Part shown: positions 8,638 through 18,577 of the stretch, piece after piece
Numbering within the stretch: position 1 is the stretch's first letter
Layout of the letters: every line of letters begins with the position of its first letter
Source of the DNA: a virus
Lineage: Duplodnaviria > Caudoviricetes
IMG/VR virus record: IMGVR_UViG_3300036394_000004
Location: 1 to 42,696 of that record
Direction: 5' to 3' (one strand)
Length of the DNA: 42,696 nt
Position numbers and translations under genes: made by a program
The notes under the pieces: generated by a model
The model's input: only the letters and a program-made list of their open reading frames with translations
Databases searched by the model: none
What the model was told of the DNA's origin: nothing

Positions 8638-9849
8638 TTAGCGCCACGGCCCCGTGACATCGATCGGAACAGCACCGAACGCAGCGGATGCCACCGTGTC
8701 TATCGACGCATTCGCGGTCAGCATCAAGATGAACTTTCTGCCATCTGTCGCCGTGAACTTGTCGAAGTTGTTGAACGACCCTGCGAGTCGGTCCTGCGGG
8801 ATGTGATACACGCCCGGGACGAACGCACGGATACCCGCAAAACCAACCTGCACAATCGCGCGCCGACTGAGCCGAATGGCCCCATCCACGCACTCGTTCG
8901 GAAACACACCCAGCGTGCTGTCTTGACCAGACACCATCGCGCCGGAGCCAGTCATGGTTCGCGCAAACTGAGCCACTGCGGAACCGAGCCCGGTGTGCGT
9001 TCGTGGTGAGAAGGTCTGATTGTTGGTGCCGTCCCATCGACGGTCAAAGGCACCGTCAATGCTCGTCCCTGTGCCTGACAACAGGCTGCAGTTCAAGAAG
9101 CACCCGTAGGGATCGCCGCCAGGCTTTTGCGTGATCGGATCACCGAAGCCACGGGTCACGGTCCCTTGATAGCTGGCGCTGGTCGGGAGCGAAACCGCAT
9201 TCGTGAAGAAGAACGCCTTGCTGTCACCGGAGAGCACCCATTGCGTGGGCGCCGCGCTTGCCACCGAACTCTTCGCCCAGTAGCCGCCGCCCGCGATCTG
9301 AGTCGCAGACGGAAACGGGCCGACACCGCTATCGACATCGGTCATCGACTCGTAGCCAATGACTCTCGCGGTCGTGGTGCCGCTGTCATCGACGCGCAGA
9401 TAGCACCCCGAGCTGGTCGGGTCCGCGCTCTTGTAAACAGCCTTGTTCGCGCCCGTGTAGACCTTCGTCCAACCCAAGGGTGCCATCTTCATGGTGATGG
9501 TGCCGGTGTAGGTGCCATCCGGGAGTGCCGTCGCAAAGGTCACGCTGTTGCCAGCCGCGGCCTTCGTCGTGATCTTCTGTTCGCCGTTGAGGCCAGCGAA
9601 GCCAGCAGGCCCACCCGTCACCCCGGCAATCAACACCACCGAATCGGCCAATGCCGAGTGCGCGCCCGTGTAGGCCGCCGTCGCGACACCGCCGGCAACG
9701 ACCAACGAGGAAAGCGTCTTGGTGTCAAAGCCATCCTTCAGGCACGCATCGAGAAGCGCGATCAAAGAGCCCTGCGTGCCCGAGACCGCAGTCGCGGCCA
9801 CCATCTGGCTGGTGAAGTGCTTCACGCTCGTATCGACAACTGAAGTCAT
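8638..9849 (-). CDS. Tail fibre-associated protein
   Basis: 403 aa Gly/Thr/Ser-rich; GSLIALLDACLKDGF N-terminus. Confidence 0.6.
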   Translation of the reverse strand: MTSVVDTSVKHFTSQMVAATAVSGTQGSLIALLDACLKDGFDTKTLSSLVVAGGVATAAYTGAHSALADSVVLIAGVTGGPAGFAGLNGEQKITTKAAAGNSVTFATALPDGTYTGTITMKMAPLGWTKVYTGANKAVYKSADPTSSGCYLRVDDSGTTTARVIGYESMTDVDSGVGPFPSATQIAGGGYWAKSSVASAAPTQWVLSGDSKAFFFTNAVSLPTSASYQGTVTRGFGDPITQKPGGDPYGCFLNCSLLSGTGTSIDGAFDRRWDGTNNQTFSPRTHTGLGSAVAQFARTMTGSGAMVSGQDSTLGVFPNECVDGAIRLSRRAIVQVGFAGIRAFVPGVYHIPQDRLAGSFNNFDKFTATDGRKFILMLTANASIDTVASAAFGAVPIDVTGPWR

Positions 9850-9870
9850 GTTCTTTCTTTCACTCTCTCG

Positions 9871-12800
9871 TTAGGGGCGGTCCACGCCGATGAGGACCGA
9901 GATTTCGAAGCTGTCATCGAGCACGGTTTCGGCGCCCATCTGCACGGTGCGGATGGGCACGAAGGGAAACGTCGCCGCGATGGTGTTGAAGCGGATGAGC
10001 TGGCCGGCGGCCCAGCCCGAGCCGAAGCCGGCGGCGCGGATGGTCATGTAGGGCACGCCCGAGGGACCGACAGGCGAGCAATCCGCCGTCATGCTCTGAC
10101 CGGTCACGATCTGCCCGACGTGCTCGCCAATGAGGTTGTAGGTCGTGCCGCCGCCGTTGATCTGGATGCGCCAGCGCTCCGTAACCGCGCCCTTGTTCGT
10201 GACCAGAATCGGATAGTCGATGTCGTTGTAAGACGGGTCCGCGGCGCTGCCGATGAGGCTGTCTGACCAGACACCGGTCCACGCCAGCTGATCGAACAGC
10301 AGCGCTACGCGCGCCTTCACATCGCCCATCGGGAGCGCGCTGCTCACGTAGGTGTCGCCAGCGGTGTAGTCGTGCGTGACGCGGCCTGCGAAGGTCAGGC
10401 GCCCGTCGATGCCGACATCGGAGACCGTCAGCAAGTCCTCGATACGGTGCTCATAGACCACGGGCTGCACGTAGCCCGACACGTCGGTGAAGGTGACCGT
10501 GCCGGCATCGAGGTTGCGCGTGTAGCCGGTCTCAATGGTCACGCCATCGCCGCCGATCATCTTCGCGCGCGCCAGGCGCTCGCGGCCAGCGCTCAACGTC
10601 ATACCGTTGGACACCACCGCCGGCGGCAGGCGCTTGGTGTTGTGGATCACGACGAGCTCACCCTTGCGGAAGATCGGCACGCGGCCATCGGAAGGCAGAC
10701 GCACCGGGTCGAGACCGAGCAGCGTCGCATCGACGGGCAGCGTCGTGTAGGCCACGGCGTTGTATCGGATGGTGCTGGCGAACACCGGGACCGGCTTCCA
10801 AATCTTGCCGTCGCTGCCCACGGCATCGGCCGAATACCAGATGGCGCCTTCGTTGCCTGCCGCGTTCACCCAGTCGCCAAAGCGCACCTTGCCCACGCCC
10901 GTGGCCGCGTCGAACGTGCCGTGCACATTGGCGCCATTGATGAAGCCCGAGGCGTCGGCGGTGACGTTGACCGTGCCGCCGTTGAGCTTCGTCGCCAGGA
11001 GCTGCAGCGTGCCCGGGCTGACCGGCGCCACCGGCGTACGGAAGACGACGTACTCCACCGGCTGGCTGTCGAGCGAGGTCAACAGGCTGTTGACGACAAC
11101 CGAGGTCGAGCCAGCCGCAGGCCAGACCGTGAGCGCGGCCACGTTCGTGGCGTAGTCGTAGGTGCCGGCCAGCGTCGCCGCGCCGGTGGCCGGGTCGAGG
11201 TCGGTATACAGGCTCCCCGCCCGGTCGAAGTAGGTCTTCCCGCCCATCGTGAAGTTGACCGAGCCAGGCACGCCGGCCTCGCTGAAGGCGGGCAGTAGCT
11301 TGATGGAGAGCTTGGGCTGGTTAAAGGTCTGGCTCTTCGTAGTGCCAGCGCCCACCACCCGGAAATTCGCGTTCACGAGCGCCGTCGAGTCGGCCGGCAA
11401 GGACGCATTCAGCACGGCGTAGGTGTAGCCCGTGAGCGTGTTGCGATAGAAGCCCGGCAGGTTCGGGGAAAGCACCGTGCCCAGCACGCCGAGCGGGCTC
11501 ACCGCCCACTGCGGCACGGCCACGCTCACCACGGCCTCGGGATACAGCTTCGCCACGCCCGTGGCGTAGACGATGGTCCCGAACTCCACGCCCACACCAT
11601 CCACCAGCTTGCCGGCGCCGTTGTCGATCACGGTCTTGGTGGCCGCGAAATTCTGCGGCACCCACTGGTCGGCCGGCACGCCGCCGGTGGACTGCAATAC
11701 GAGGTTCCAGTCGAGGGACAGCGAACGCGGCGCGATGTTGGTCTTACCGAGGTTCAGGGTGATCGCACCATCCACATCGCGCGCCGGCGCCGGGAAGGTC
11801 TTCGAGGACGGCTCGCCGTGGCTGTAGCCCACCGTGAAGGCCACGGCCGATGCGGGGAGCACGTTGGGCCTCACCTCGATGGTGCTCGATGCATAGGACA
11901 CCGGGCCGGTGGCGTCGCCCGTGAGTGCGCCACTGCCGTTGTCGGTGGCATGACGCGCGGCACCGTCGTTCCAGTCCACCGACACCGTGCCGGACTGCGC
12001 GGCCTGGTTGTCGAGCGCCAACATGATGGACACGGCCGCCGTGAGGGTGCCGCTGCGGTCTTTGTAGTTGGACTTCGCCGCCCAGGTGAAGATGACTTCA
12101 CTTCCCACGTCGGGCAGAGTCCCCAGCGTGGGCAAGGCCGTGCCCGTCACAAAGTCCACGGTGCCGCTACCGATGCTGGAGCTGGTGCCCGACAGGCGCC
12201 CGCCCCCGTCGTCGGCCAGCTCGTACCAGCTGCCGCCCGCACGGTAGGCCACGCGCAGCGAGCCAGGTGCCGGCGGCGGAAGGATGGTCAGCGGGTAGTT
12301 GATCCGGCGGCTTTCCGCGGTCACCACGATGGACGCGGAATCGGCCAGCTCGATGGGTGCGCCGGCGGGCCGGAAGGTGATCGTCTTGTTTCCCGCGATG
12401 GCCGGCGCATCGCTCGCGAAGGTCATCGAGCCGCTCGGATAGTTCACGCTGCCCACGGTCAGCGCGCCGAGCTTCAGCCGCCCGCCGTCGTCGGTCAGGG
12501 CGCCCGCCGAGGTCGCCACCGACAGCGAGCCCGGATAGGCGGGGTTGCCAAAGACGATGACCGAATTCGGGCCGAACGCAACGCCCGTGGTCAGCGACAC
12601 CGTGCCGGCGCCCGAGGCAACGAGCGTGGTCGCCGAGCCGGCGGCCGACATATCCGTCAGCGGGATTTCGGTGGTCGCGCTCGGCACGAGCTGGGTATCG
12701 ATCTTGTCCACCTTGGCGGACAGATCGCCGATGGTCACCGGGGCCGCGAGCTTCGCGATGCCATAGAACTTCGAGGCGTTGGCCACAAGCATCTTGTTCA

Positions 12801-13452
12801 CCGCGGCCGAGGTCGAGGTGCGCTCGAAGAGGCGATTCGCCGGCGTGCCGGTGTAGTCGTTCTTGAGGCCGTCGAGGATTTCGCAAACGCACACCTGCGC
12901 GGCATAGTCCACGAAAGAGCCGCCCGTGCTGTAGCTGTAGGTGCGCTGTTCCACGGCCACATCGGAGATGCGCACGTACTCCGTCTTGCCCCCGCCGCTG
13001 ATCTGCAGCGTGCTGTTGATCGCCGGTGGTGTCGCGCCAGGTCGTTGGAAGATCTGCAGCGAGCGCTGTCCCTGCACATGGTTGGACAGCAGGTAACCGC
13101 CGAACTCTTCGCCCGGGGAGGTATAGGCCTCGATCCGGTTCTGGATACTCGCGCGCCGGTCGAAGAAGTCGGCGGTGTAGAACAAGGCCGAGGTCACCTT
13201 GGGGTCGGCCGGCGGGCGCGTGATGATGACCAAGCCGCCGAGCGCGGTGTCGGTGTTCAAGGTCTGGATCGTGGCCGCGATCTTCATGATGGACACGTCA
13301 CCGCGCGCGCGGTCCACCGCGGAAACGTCCTTGAAGACGCCATTGCTCTTGCCGTCCTCGATGACGTTGGAAGTCGGGGCGCCGCCGCCCTCGGGAACGT
13401 CATCCATCACCTGTGTGGTGACGAGCTTGATATCGGATTCAGAAATGGTCAT
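9871..13452 (-). CDS. Large tail tip protein
   Basis: 1193 aa; repeated D.G.G.L and G.V.Y..G beta motifs; two genes after tape measure. Confidence 0.72.
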   Translation of the reverse strand: MTISESDIKLVTTQVMDDVPEGGGAPTSNVIEDGKSNGVFKDVSAVDRARGDVSIMKIAATIQTLNTDTALGGLVIITRPPADPKVTSALFYTADFFDRRASIQNRIEAYTSPGEEFGGYLLSNHVQGQRSLQIFQRPGATPPAINSTLQISGGGKTEYVRISDVAVEQRTYSYSTGGSFVDYAAQVCVCEILDGLKNDYTGTPANRLFERTSTSAAVNKMLVANASKFYGIAKLAAPVTIGDLSAKVDKIDTQLVPSATTEIPLTDMSAAGSATTLVASGAGTVSLTTGVAFGPNSVIVFGNPAYPGSLSVATSAGALTDDGGRLKLGALTVGSVNYPSGSMTFASDAPAIAGNKTITFRPAGAPIELADSASIVVTAESRRINYPLTILPPPAPGSLRVAYRAGGSWYELADDGGGRLSGTSSSIGSGTVDFVTGTALPTLGTLPDVGSEVIFTWAAKSNYKDRSGTLTAAVSIMLALDNQAAQSGTVSVDWNDGAARHATDNGSGALTGDATGPVSYASSTIEVRPNVLPASAVAFTVGYSHGEPSSKTFPAPARDVDGAITLNLGKTNIAPRSLSLDWNLVLQSTGGVPADQWVPQNFAATKTVIDNGAGKLVDGVGVEFGTIVYATGVAKLYPEAVVSVAVPQWAVSPLGVLGTVLSPNLPGFYRNTLTGYTYAVLNASLPADSTALVNANFRVVGAGTTKSQTFNQPKLSIKLLPAFSEAGVPGSVNFTMGGKTYFDRAGSLYTDLDPATGAATLAGTYDYATNVAALTVWPAAGSTSVVVNSLLTSLDSQPVEYVVFRTPVAPVSPGTLQLLATKLNGGTVNVTADASGFINGANVHGTFDAATGVGKVRFGDWVNAAGNEGAIWYSADAVGSDGKIWKPVPVFASTIRYNAVAYTTLPVDATLLGLDPVRLPSDGRVPIFRKGELVVIHNTKRLPPAVVSNGMTLSAGRERLARAKMIGGDGVTIETGYTRNLDAGTVTFTDVSGYVQPVVYEHRIEDLLTVSDVGIDGRLTFAGRVTHDYTAGDTYVSSALPMGDVKARVALLFDQLAWTGVWSDSLIGSAADPSYNDIDYPILVTNKGAVTERWRIQINGGGTTYNLIGEHVGQIVTGQSMTADCSPVGPSGVPYMTIRAAGFGSGWAAGQLIRFNTIAATFPFVPIRTVQMGAETVLDDSFEISVLIGVDRP

Positions 13453-13455
13453 TGG

Positions 13456-13851
13456 TCAAACGGTGATGAGCCGCACGGTGGCGATATAGGGGTAGTCCTC
13501 GGCGGGCAGCTCGGGGCGCGCGAGCGGCTTGCCCTCGACAGCCAGGCCGGGCGCGAACTGGACGGTGAAGCTGCGGCCATCGGCCAGCACGAGGACGTGC
13601 TCGCCCACCGGGTCGGCGGCGTTGAGCGCCTGCAGCGCGACGAGACCACCGCGCTTGATCCAACCCGCATCGGCCTCGCCCTGCAGGGTGATCGGCTGGC
13701 CCGCCAGGCGCACGCCCGCATCGATGAGCGCGGCGCCTGTCAGCGAATACTCGAGGCTCTTCTCGACGGGGTTCCACCCGAACTCGTCGGACCAAACCAT
13801 GCCGCGCGGAATCTGCAGGGCGCCCAGGACGTGAAACTTCGGTGCTGTCAT
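13456..13851 (-). CDS. Distal-tail-like protein
   Basis: 131 aa directly after tape measure; WSDEFGW, SLTGA, GQPITL. Confidence 0.65.
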   Translation of the reverse strand: MTAPKFHVLGALQIPRGMVWSDEFGWNPVEKSLEYSLTGAALIDAGVRLAGQPITLQGEADAGWIKRGGLVALQALNAADPVGEHVLVLADGRSFTVQFAPGLAVEGKPLARPELPAEDYPYIATVRLITV

Positions 13852-13853
13852 GT

Positions 13854-16571
13854 TCAGTTGCCCGGACGTGCGGAAGAGGTGCCACGCGCCGCACCGAGCT
13901 GCGCGAGCAAGCCCTCAATGACATCGGCGCCGGCCGCATCGGTGTTCACGGCGCCGTAATCGCGCCCGTTGAGGTTCAGGTGCAGATTGACCGTGCGGTT
14001 CGATTCAGGCTTGGGGATGGTGGTGGGCGTGCCGCCGTCGCCGAAGAAAGTCACCTTCTCGGCCGCCTTCATCAGCGCATAGCTCAGCGTATCGCCGCCG
14101 TACTTCTTCTGGCCGGGGTTGTTGAAGAACTGAACGTTGCCCTTCTCGTCGGCGAACTCGCGCGCGATACGTCGTGCGGTCTCGTCATCCTTGACACCGG
14201 CGTTTTTCAGGAATGCGGCGATGCCGGTCAACGTCCCGAGGTCGCTCCCGGCAACGACGGTCTTCCCGTTCTTGTCGGTCGAGAAGCCGCTCGCGTCGCG
14301 GCCGAGGCGCTTGTTTTCGAGGGCGGTCTCGCGCTCCTTCAAGGCGTTGGCCTTTTCGCGCGCCTCGATGTCTTTCTCGCGGGCGCTCGTCACGTCGCGC
14401 AGCGCGCCGGCCAGGCCGTTGGCGGCCTGTGTGGCGTCGGTCTGCGCATCCTTGAGCTTCAGCGTCGAGCGTCCCGCACTGTCGAGCACGACCTCGAAGC
14501 CGCGCATGGCGGCCTGCGCCTGCACCCAGCCGGGAGCAACGCCGTTGGCTGCAGAGATAGACGCCTCGGCGGCGCGCTTCCACGCTTCGCCCAGGCCGAT
14601 GGCTGTCGCCTGCCCGCTGTCGCGAATCAGCTCGAAGTCGCGCAGCGCGGTCTTGGCGATGGTTTCGAGCTGCGCCTTCGTCTGTACGCCGGCGCGCTGG
14701 AAAGCCGCATCGATTTCCGCCGCCGCATCGGCTTGCGCCTTCTTGTTGGTCACGGCCGCATCGGCCGCCGCGAGATTGGCCTTCTTCAGCTCTTCGAGCT
14801 TCTGCACCGCGAGCTGAAGGTTCCCGGTCGCAATGGCTTGGTCGTATTCGCCGCGCAGACGCAAGATGGAGGCGCGGGCTTCCTCTGCCTTTGCCCTCTG
14901 CGCCTCGGATGCGCTGGCGGCCTTCTGGCCCGATACCTGTGCGCTGTCGCCTGCGGCCTTCATCTCCGCCGCCATGGTCGTGAAGGCTGCCGCGCCGCTG
15001 GTCGTCGCCGCGGTCGTGGTCTCGGCAGCGCCGGTCAGGCCCGCCCAGCCGGCGCGCGCTTCCTCGGCGCCCTTGGTGGCGCGTTCGAAGGCTTCCGCCG
15101 ACTTCTCGCCGAAAGCGTCCGTCACGCCTTCCATGCCGGCGGCAGACTCGCGCACCTCTGCAGCGGCTTGTTTGAACGCCGCAGACACGCCGCCGAAGCT
15201 GATCTTCGACAGCCCTTCCAGCATGACGCCGACGCCGGTCAGGATGTCCCGCGCAACGCCGGCGAAGGCTTCGCCCACGCGGAAGACGACGGCAATCAGC
15301 AGGTTGGCGCCACCGCTCGCAACACCCCACACCGTTTGTACGATGTTGCCGGTGTTCTGCGCCTTCTGGCCGAAGCTGTCGAGCAGCGTCCCCACCCGGT
15401 CGGCCAGCGCCTGCGCCTTCGCAACGAGGGCCGGCACATCGACGCTCGCGACGAAGGCTTGCACCCACTTGATGCCGTTCTGAAATGCCGTTGCAATCGC
15501 GGCGCCAAAGCGCCCCACGGAGCCGTCGGCCACCGCCGAGCGCAGCGCGCCGGCCAGTTGCTCGACGCCTTGTTTCAGCACCGGCAGAACGGGCGTCGTC
15601 AGGGCGTTGACGGTCGAGTCCCAAGCGGTACGCAAGCTGTTGAGCGCGCCATTGAGATTCGCCTGCATGACAGCGGCGGTATCGGCCGCGCTGCCGGTGG
15701 CACCCTGCAGTGCCTTCTTCAGCTCGTCGAGCTTGTCCACGCCCTGATTCAGCAGCGCGCGCAACGCCGGGCCGGCTTCCTGCCCCACCGCCGCAATCGC
15801 GCGCTGTCCGGCTGGGCCGGCCGCGGCCAGCTCGTGCAGCATCTTCTCGAAGTTGCCCGTCGTGACACCAGCCGCTGCCAGCTCTGTGCGGAACTTGCTC
15901 GCCGGGTCGGAGAACTGCGCCAGGATGCTGTTCAACGCCGTGCCGGCGCGGCTCGCATCGATACCTGCATCCGCGAACTTGCCGATGATGGCAACAGTGG
16001 TTTCGAGGCTCAGCCCGAGGGTGTTCGCCAGAGGCGCGGCGTAGCTCAGCGCTTGCGCCAGGCCGGTGACGCTGGTGTTCGTCGCGTTGGCGCCCTTGGC
16101 GAGCACGTCGGCCACGCGACCCGAGTCGGTGAAGGCCAAGCCCAGGCCGTTGACGATCTTCGTCAGGTACTCGGCCGAGGTGCCCAGCTCGATGTCGCCC
16201 GCACGCGCGAGCTGCATCGCAGCCGGCAGCGTGGCGATGGCGTCGCGGGTGTTGAGGCCGGCCTTCGCCAGGTTCTCCAGCGCGCCGGCGGCCTGCAGCT
16301 CTGTGAAGCCGTACCGGACATCTGCCGCGGCTTCCTGTGCCGCCTTGCGCAGCAGGCGCATCTCGGCCGCGCTGGCGCCCGTGGCGGCCTGCACGCGGCT
16401 CATGGCCTGCTCGAAGTCGGCGCCGCCCTTGATCCAGCCCGCAAAGACCTGAATGCCGAAGTAGCCGGCCACGAGGGCGGCGAACGCGATCACGCGCGAC
16501 TGCAGGCGGTCGAACACCTTGGACGCATCGTCCTTGGCGTTGATGACAATTTGGATCGGCTTAAAGGCCAC
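13854..16571 (-). CDS. Tail tape measure protein
   Basis: 905 aa Ala-rich helical; FEQAMSRVQA, LAKAG, AGTALNS tape-measure core motifs. Confidence 0.92.
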   Translation of the reverse strand: MAFKPIQIVINAKDDASKVFDRLQSRVIAFAALVAGYFGIQVFAGWIKGGADFEQAMSRVQAATGASAAEMRLLRKAAQEAAADVRYGFTELQAAGALENLAKAGLNTRDAIATLPAAMQLARAGDIELGTSAEYLTKIVNGLGLAFTDSGRVADVLAKGANATNTSVTGLAQALSYAAPLANTLGLSLETTVAIIGKFADAGIDASRAGTALNSILAQFSDPASKFRTELAAAGVTTGNFEKMLHELAAAGPAGQRAIAAVGQEAGPALRALLNQGVDKLDELKKALQGATGSAADTAAVMQANLNGALNSLRTAWDSTVNALTTPVLPVLKQGVEQLAGALRSAVADGSVGRFGAAIATAFQNGIKWVQAFVASVDVPALVAKAQALADRVGTLLDSFGQKAQNTGNIVQTVWGVASGGANLLIAVVFRVGEAFAGVARDILTGVGVMLEGLSKISFGGVSAAFKQAAAEVRESAAGMEGVTDAFGEKSAEAFERATKGAEEARAGWAGLTGAAETTTAATTSGAAAFTTMAAEMKAAGDSAQVSGQKAASASEAQRAKAEEARASILRLRGEYDQAIATGNLQLAVQKLEELKKANLAAADAAVTNKKAQADAAAEIDAAFQRAGVQTKAQLETIAKTALRDFELIRDSGQATAIGLGEAWKRAAEASISAANGVAPGWVQAQAAMRGFEVVLDSAGRSTLKLKDAQTDATQAANGLAGALRDVTSAREKDIEAREKANALKERETALENKRLGRDASGFSTDKNGKTVVAGSDLGTLTGIAAFLKNAGVKDDETARRIAREFADEKGNVQFFNNPGQKKYGGDTLSYALMKAAEKVTFFGDGGTPTTIPKPESNRTVNLHLNLNGRDYGAVNTDAAGADVIEGLLAQLGAARGTSSARPGN

Positions 16572-16676
16572 GGGGAGGATGAATCAGGTGAAGGACGATG
16601 GCGGCGCATGAGGCCTCTGTGCAAAGCCGCATGCGTCACCACGCCCCGCGGCCAGCCGCGGGACGGGTATCAAAGG

Positions 16677-17462
16677 TCAGGCGACCGGGCGACCCCCGAC
16701 GTAGATCGCTTCAGCGTTGGCGGACTTGAGGATGTCCACATCGAACTCGACGGTCACGAACTCGACCTCGTTCGACACGATGGGAAGGTCACCGGAAGGC
16801 GTGAGGCTGCAACGCGGCATGTACCAGTCCTTGTTGCTGCCCGCGGCGTTGTCTGCCATCACGCGAATGGCCGAGAGGAACGAGGTATTACCGCCGGTCT
16901 TCAGGCGCGTGTAGGAACCGGCAACGGGCGTATAGCCAAATTGCACGTTACCCGCCGTGATGCCACCGCCGGCGATGATCTGCACGGCGCCGGTTTCGGG
17001 ATCGACATTGAAGTCGGTTCCAGCCACATAGGGCGTGGCCCCATCTTCGGTCTTGACGCTCACCGCAGTGACATTGCGCACGCCGATGGGATTGGCGGCG
17101 GTCTGGCCGAGCTGATAGATCTTGCCCGGCACAACCTTGCGAATCTCATCGGTCACCGCTGTGGCCGACTGCACCACGACTTCGCTCGTAGCAGCGAGGA
17201 AGCGCTGATAGGTCGCCATGCTCATGTTGTTGCAGGTGATCTTTGCGGTGCGCTTGACCTTGCCGGTCAGCGTGCCGATGAGTTCGCTAGCCGAGGTCTC
17301 GGCCGAGAATTCCTCGGCCTTCTCCGAATCGACCGTAACGACGAAGCTCGGGCAGTTGCCCATTTCTTCCTCGCCCGTGAGCTCTTCGAGGGCGTTCATG
17401 ATGTCCAGACGCAGGCGGCCGCGCGGGGCCGACAGTTCGGTTTTGGTATGCACGATAGGCAT
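16677..17462 (-). CDS. Major tail (tube) protein
   Basis: 261 aa; MGNCP and SLTPSGDL motifs; between terminator and tape measure; no sheath gene. Confidence 0.78.
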   Translation of the reverse strand: MPIVHTKTELSAPRGRLRLDIMNALEELTGEEEMGNCPSFVVTVDSEKAEEFSAETSASELIGTLTGKVKRTAKITCNNMSMATYQRFLAATSEVVVQSATAVTDEIRKVVPGKIYQLGQTAANPIGVRNVTAVSVKTEDGATPYVAGTDFNVDPETGAVQIIAGGGITAGNVQFGYTPVAGSYTRLKTGGNTSFLSAIRVMADNAAGSNKDWYMPRCSLTPSGDLPIVSNEVEFVTVEFDVDILKSANAEAIYVGGRPVA

Positions 17463-17472
17463 GGGGATTCCT

Positions 17473-17886
17473 TTAGGGTTGGCCGTCGAAGCGGGCCGAA
17501 GTGGAGAAAACGAGTTCGACGCCGACGAGGCCGTTGTCGGGATACGGGGGCGGCTTCACGCTCGCCAGTTGCAGCCGCTCCCAGCGCCGGCCGGCTACCT
17601 GCCCCGGCGCCCAGCCTTGCAGTGCTTCGACGACGAGCGCGAAAGCGGTATCGAGATGCGCCAGGGCGTCGGCATCACTGCGCTTCGCCATGAGCGTGAC
17701 GGCCCAGAACGGGCGCACCAACGCGCCAGGCACATCACTGGCCGGCACGTTGGCGTCGATGAAGAGAACGGATGCCAGCAGGTCGGGCTCGCGCTTGCCG
17801 GTGTCGGAGAAGATGCCCTTGACGGCCCACGTCCCGGGCAGTTCGCCGCGCAGGCGGGTCACGATGGCAGGTTCAAGTGCGAGCAT
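17473..17886 (-). CDS. Tail terminator-like protein
   Basis: 137 aa, ALQGWAP motif, just before tube gene. Confidence 0.65.
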   Translation of the reverse strand: MLALEPAIVTRLRGELPGTWAVKGIFSDTGKREPDLLASVLFIDANVPASDVPGALVRPFWAVTLMAKRSDADALAHLDTAFALVVEALQGWAPGQVAGRRWERLQLASVKPPPYPDNGLVGVELVFSTSARFDGQP

Positions 17887-17888
17887 GG

Positions 17889-18185
17889 TCAGGCCACCCG
17901 CAGGACGACACGCACAAATCCAAGGCCGTCCGGCTGTGCCGTCTCGACCTCATAGGCAACGCCGCCGATGGACAACGCGTCATCGCGTTCAAGCGCACCA
18001 AGGCCCCATGCAGGACCCGTGCACTCGGGCGCCACGGCATCCGCTTCGCCACCGAAGGCGCCCGCATAGGGCGTATCGAACATCACCGGCACGTCAACGC
18101 CGTTCACCAGCGCCACGGCGTTGGAAAGGCGATTGACCACCACGACGTTTGTGCGGGCCTCTAGGGCAGCGAATGGTGCGAGCAT
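17889..18185 (-). CDS. Head-tail joining protein (FII-like)
   Basis: 98 aa, PDGLG C-terminal motif, position. Confidence 0.7.
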   Translation of the reverse strand: MLAPFAALEARTNVVVVNRLSNAVALVNGVDVPVMFDTPYAGAFGGEADAVAPECTGPAWGLGALERDDALSIGGVAYEVETAQPDGLGFVRVVLRVA

Positions 18186-18189
18186 GGGC

Positions 18190-18513
18190 TCAGGCGTTGA
18201 GGTGGAGCCATACGGTGGTTGCGCCCGCGCCTGCGGCCTTGGCGGCGTAGCCGGCGAGGGTGTTGCCCGATGCCGTCGTGGTCAGCCGACTGTTCGCCGC
18301 GTCCCAGTACAGGAGCGCGCCTTGTGCCGGCGCGTCGGCCGCGAGCTTCGCCAGCTCCACCACGCCCTTGACGCGCAGTGCACCCGTGGCGCCCACCGCG
18401 ATGTCGGCAACAGCGATGCCCACCCGCGCACCGATGACCACGACCGCGCCGGACGCAACGGCTGCGCCCGGCGTGTAGTCGAGCACATGGCCTTCTTGAA
18501 CAAAATTCTTCAT
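18190..18513 (-). CDS. DUF2190-family capsid decoration protein
   Basis: MKNFVQEG start, GVVEL, LYWD motifs; follows capsid gene. Confidence 0.85.
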   Translation of the reverse strand: MKNFVQEGHVLDYTPGAAVASGAVVVIGARVGIAVADIAVGATGALRVKGVVELAKLAADAPAQGALLYWDAANSRLTTTASGNTLAGYAAKAAGAGATTVWLHLNA

Positions 18514-18548
18514 GAGGTTTCCTTGGGGAAGTTGAGATGTGCTGTGCC

Positions 18549-18570
18549 GGCAGGGCCGCGAGGCCCTGCC
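18549..18570 (-). other. GC-rich hairpin after capsid gene (stabiliser or weak terminator)
   Basis: GGCAGGGCC-GCGA-GGCCCTGCC; no U tract. Confidence 0.55.
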
Positions 18571-18577
18571 TCGGGCA

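Noticed and set aside
7594-13452. DGR or invertible tail-fibre switch
   Set aside because: No reverse transcriptase, invertase, template/variable repeat pair or flanking inverted repeats seen
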